From: a virus | Lineage: Duplodnaviria; Caudoviricetes | Strand: one strand, 5' to 3' | Length of the DNA: 64,000 nucleotides | Virus record (IMG/VR): IMGVR_UViG_3300050821_001527 | Coordinates: 96,001 to 160,000 of that record | Shown here: piece by piece, positions 63,741 to 64,000 of the stretch | How the letters are laid out: each line of letters begins with the position of its first letter | Numbering within the stretch: position 1 is the stretch's first letter | The notes under the pieces: generated by a model | The model's database searches: none | Seen by the model: only the letters and a program-made list of their open reading frames with translations | Told to the model about the DNA's origin: nothing | Position numbers and translations under genes: made by a program

Positions 63741-64000
63741 ATGAAATTTTTCAAAAATCTGTTCGCCAAACGTCCACCATCCGAAAAACCCTCACCACCG
63801 AAGGCCGGGGACAGATTCGTGGACAAGGTTTGGGGCGATACCATTCTCGCCATTACCCAAATAAGCGATAAGGGCGACCTGATTCGCTACAGGTTCGACC
63901 AGATTGATGGCAAGAACTACGAAGGCTTGAAATATCGCAGCCTATGCACTATGCCCGTTTGGTTGCTGAAAAGTCAATATAAGTTCCTTGACAGGAAGTA
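63741..64000 (+). CDS. Hypothetical protein, truncated by window edge
   Basis: Open frame from ATG 63741 to end. Confidence 0.5.
   Translation, partial: MKFFKNLFAKRPPSEKPSPPKAGDRFVDKVWGDTILAITQISDKGDLIRYRFDQIDGKNYEGLKYRSLCTMPVWLLKSQYKFLDRK

Overview
Fragment of a large (jumbo-type) lytic phage genome in the standard genetic code; no integrase, CRISPR array or rRNA seen. Left to right: a minus-strand glycan-modification operon with a Tad1-like anti-defence gene and a sigma factor (56-8070); class II ribonucleotide reductase; a full tmRNA followed immediately by a 116-nt mini-tmRNA-like RNA; an ECF sigma factor and envelope or lysis-type genes (13.1-20 kb); a 17-kb array of about 59 tRNA or tRNA-like genes (20.7-37.8 kb) with interspersed HNH nucleases and structured RNAs; a reduced RNase P RNA (41.9-42.1 kb); and a long plus-strand run of early-type genes (RNA repair, phosphoesterases, thyA, folA, dut, rtcB, a solitary MunI-like nuclease). 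The most unusual content is the RNA. About 42 of 59 tRNAs replace the TPsiC loop with N-G-C, co-varying with A18 in the D-loop. There are three circularly permuted (Y-RNA-like) tRNA mimics, three D-armless tRNAs, two tRNAs with large anticodon-loop inserts, and four ORFs whose stop codon lies inside the next tRNA. Together these suggest a self-contained tRNA-processing and ribosome-rescue system. All folds, counts and family calls were made by eye and need computational confirmation.
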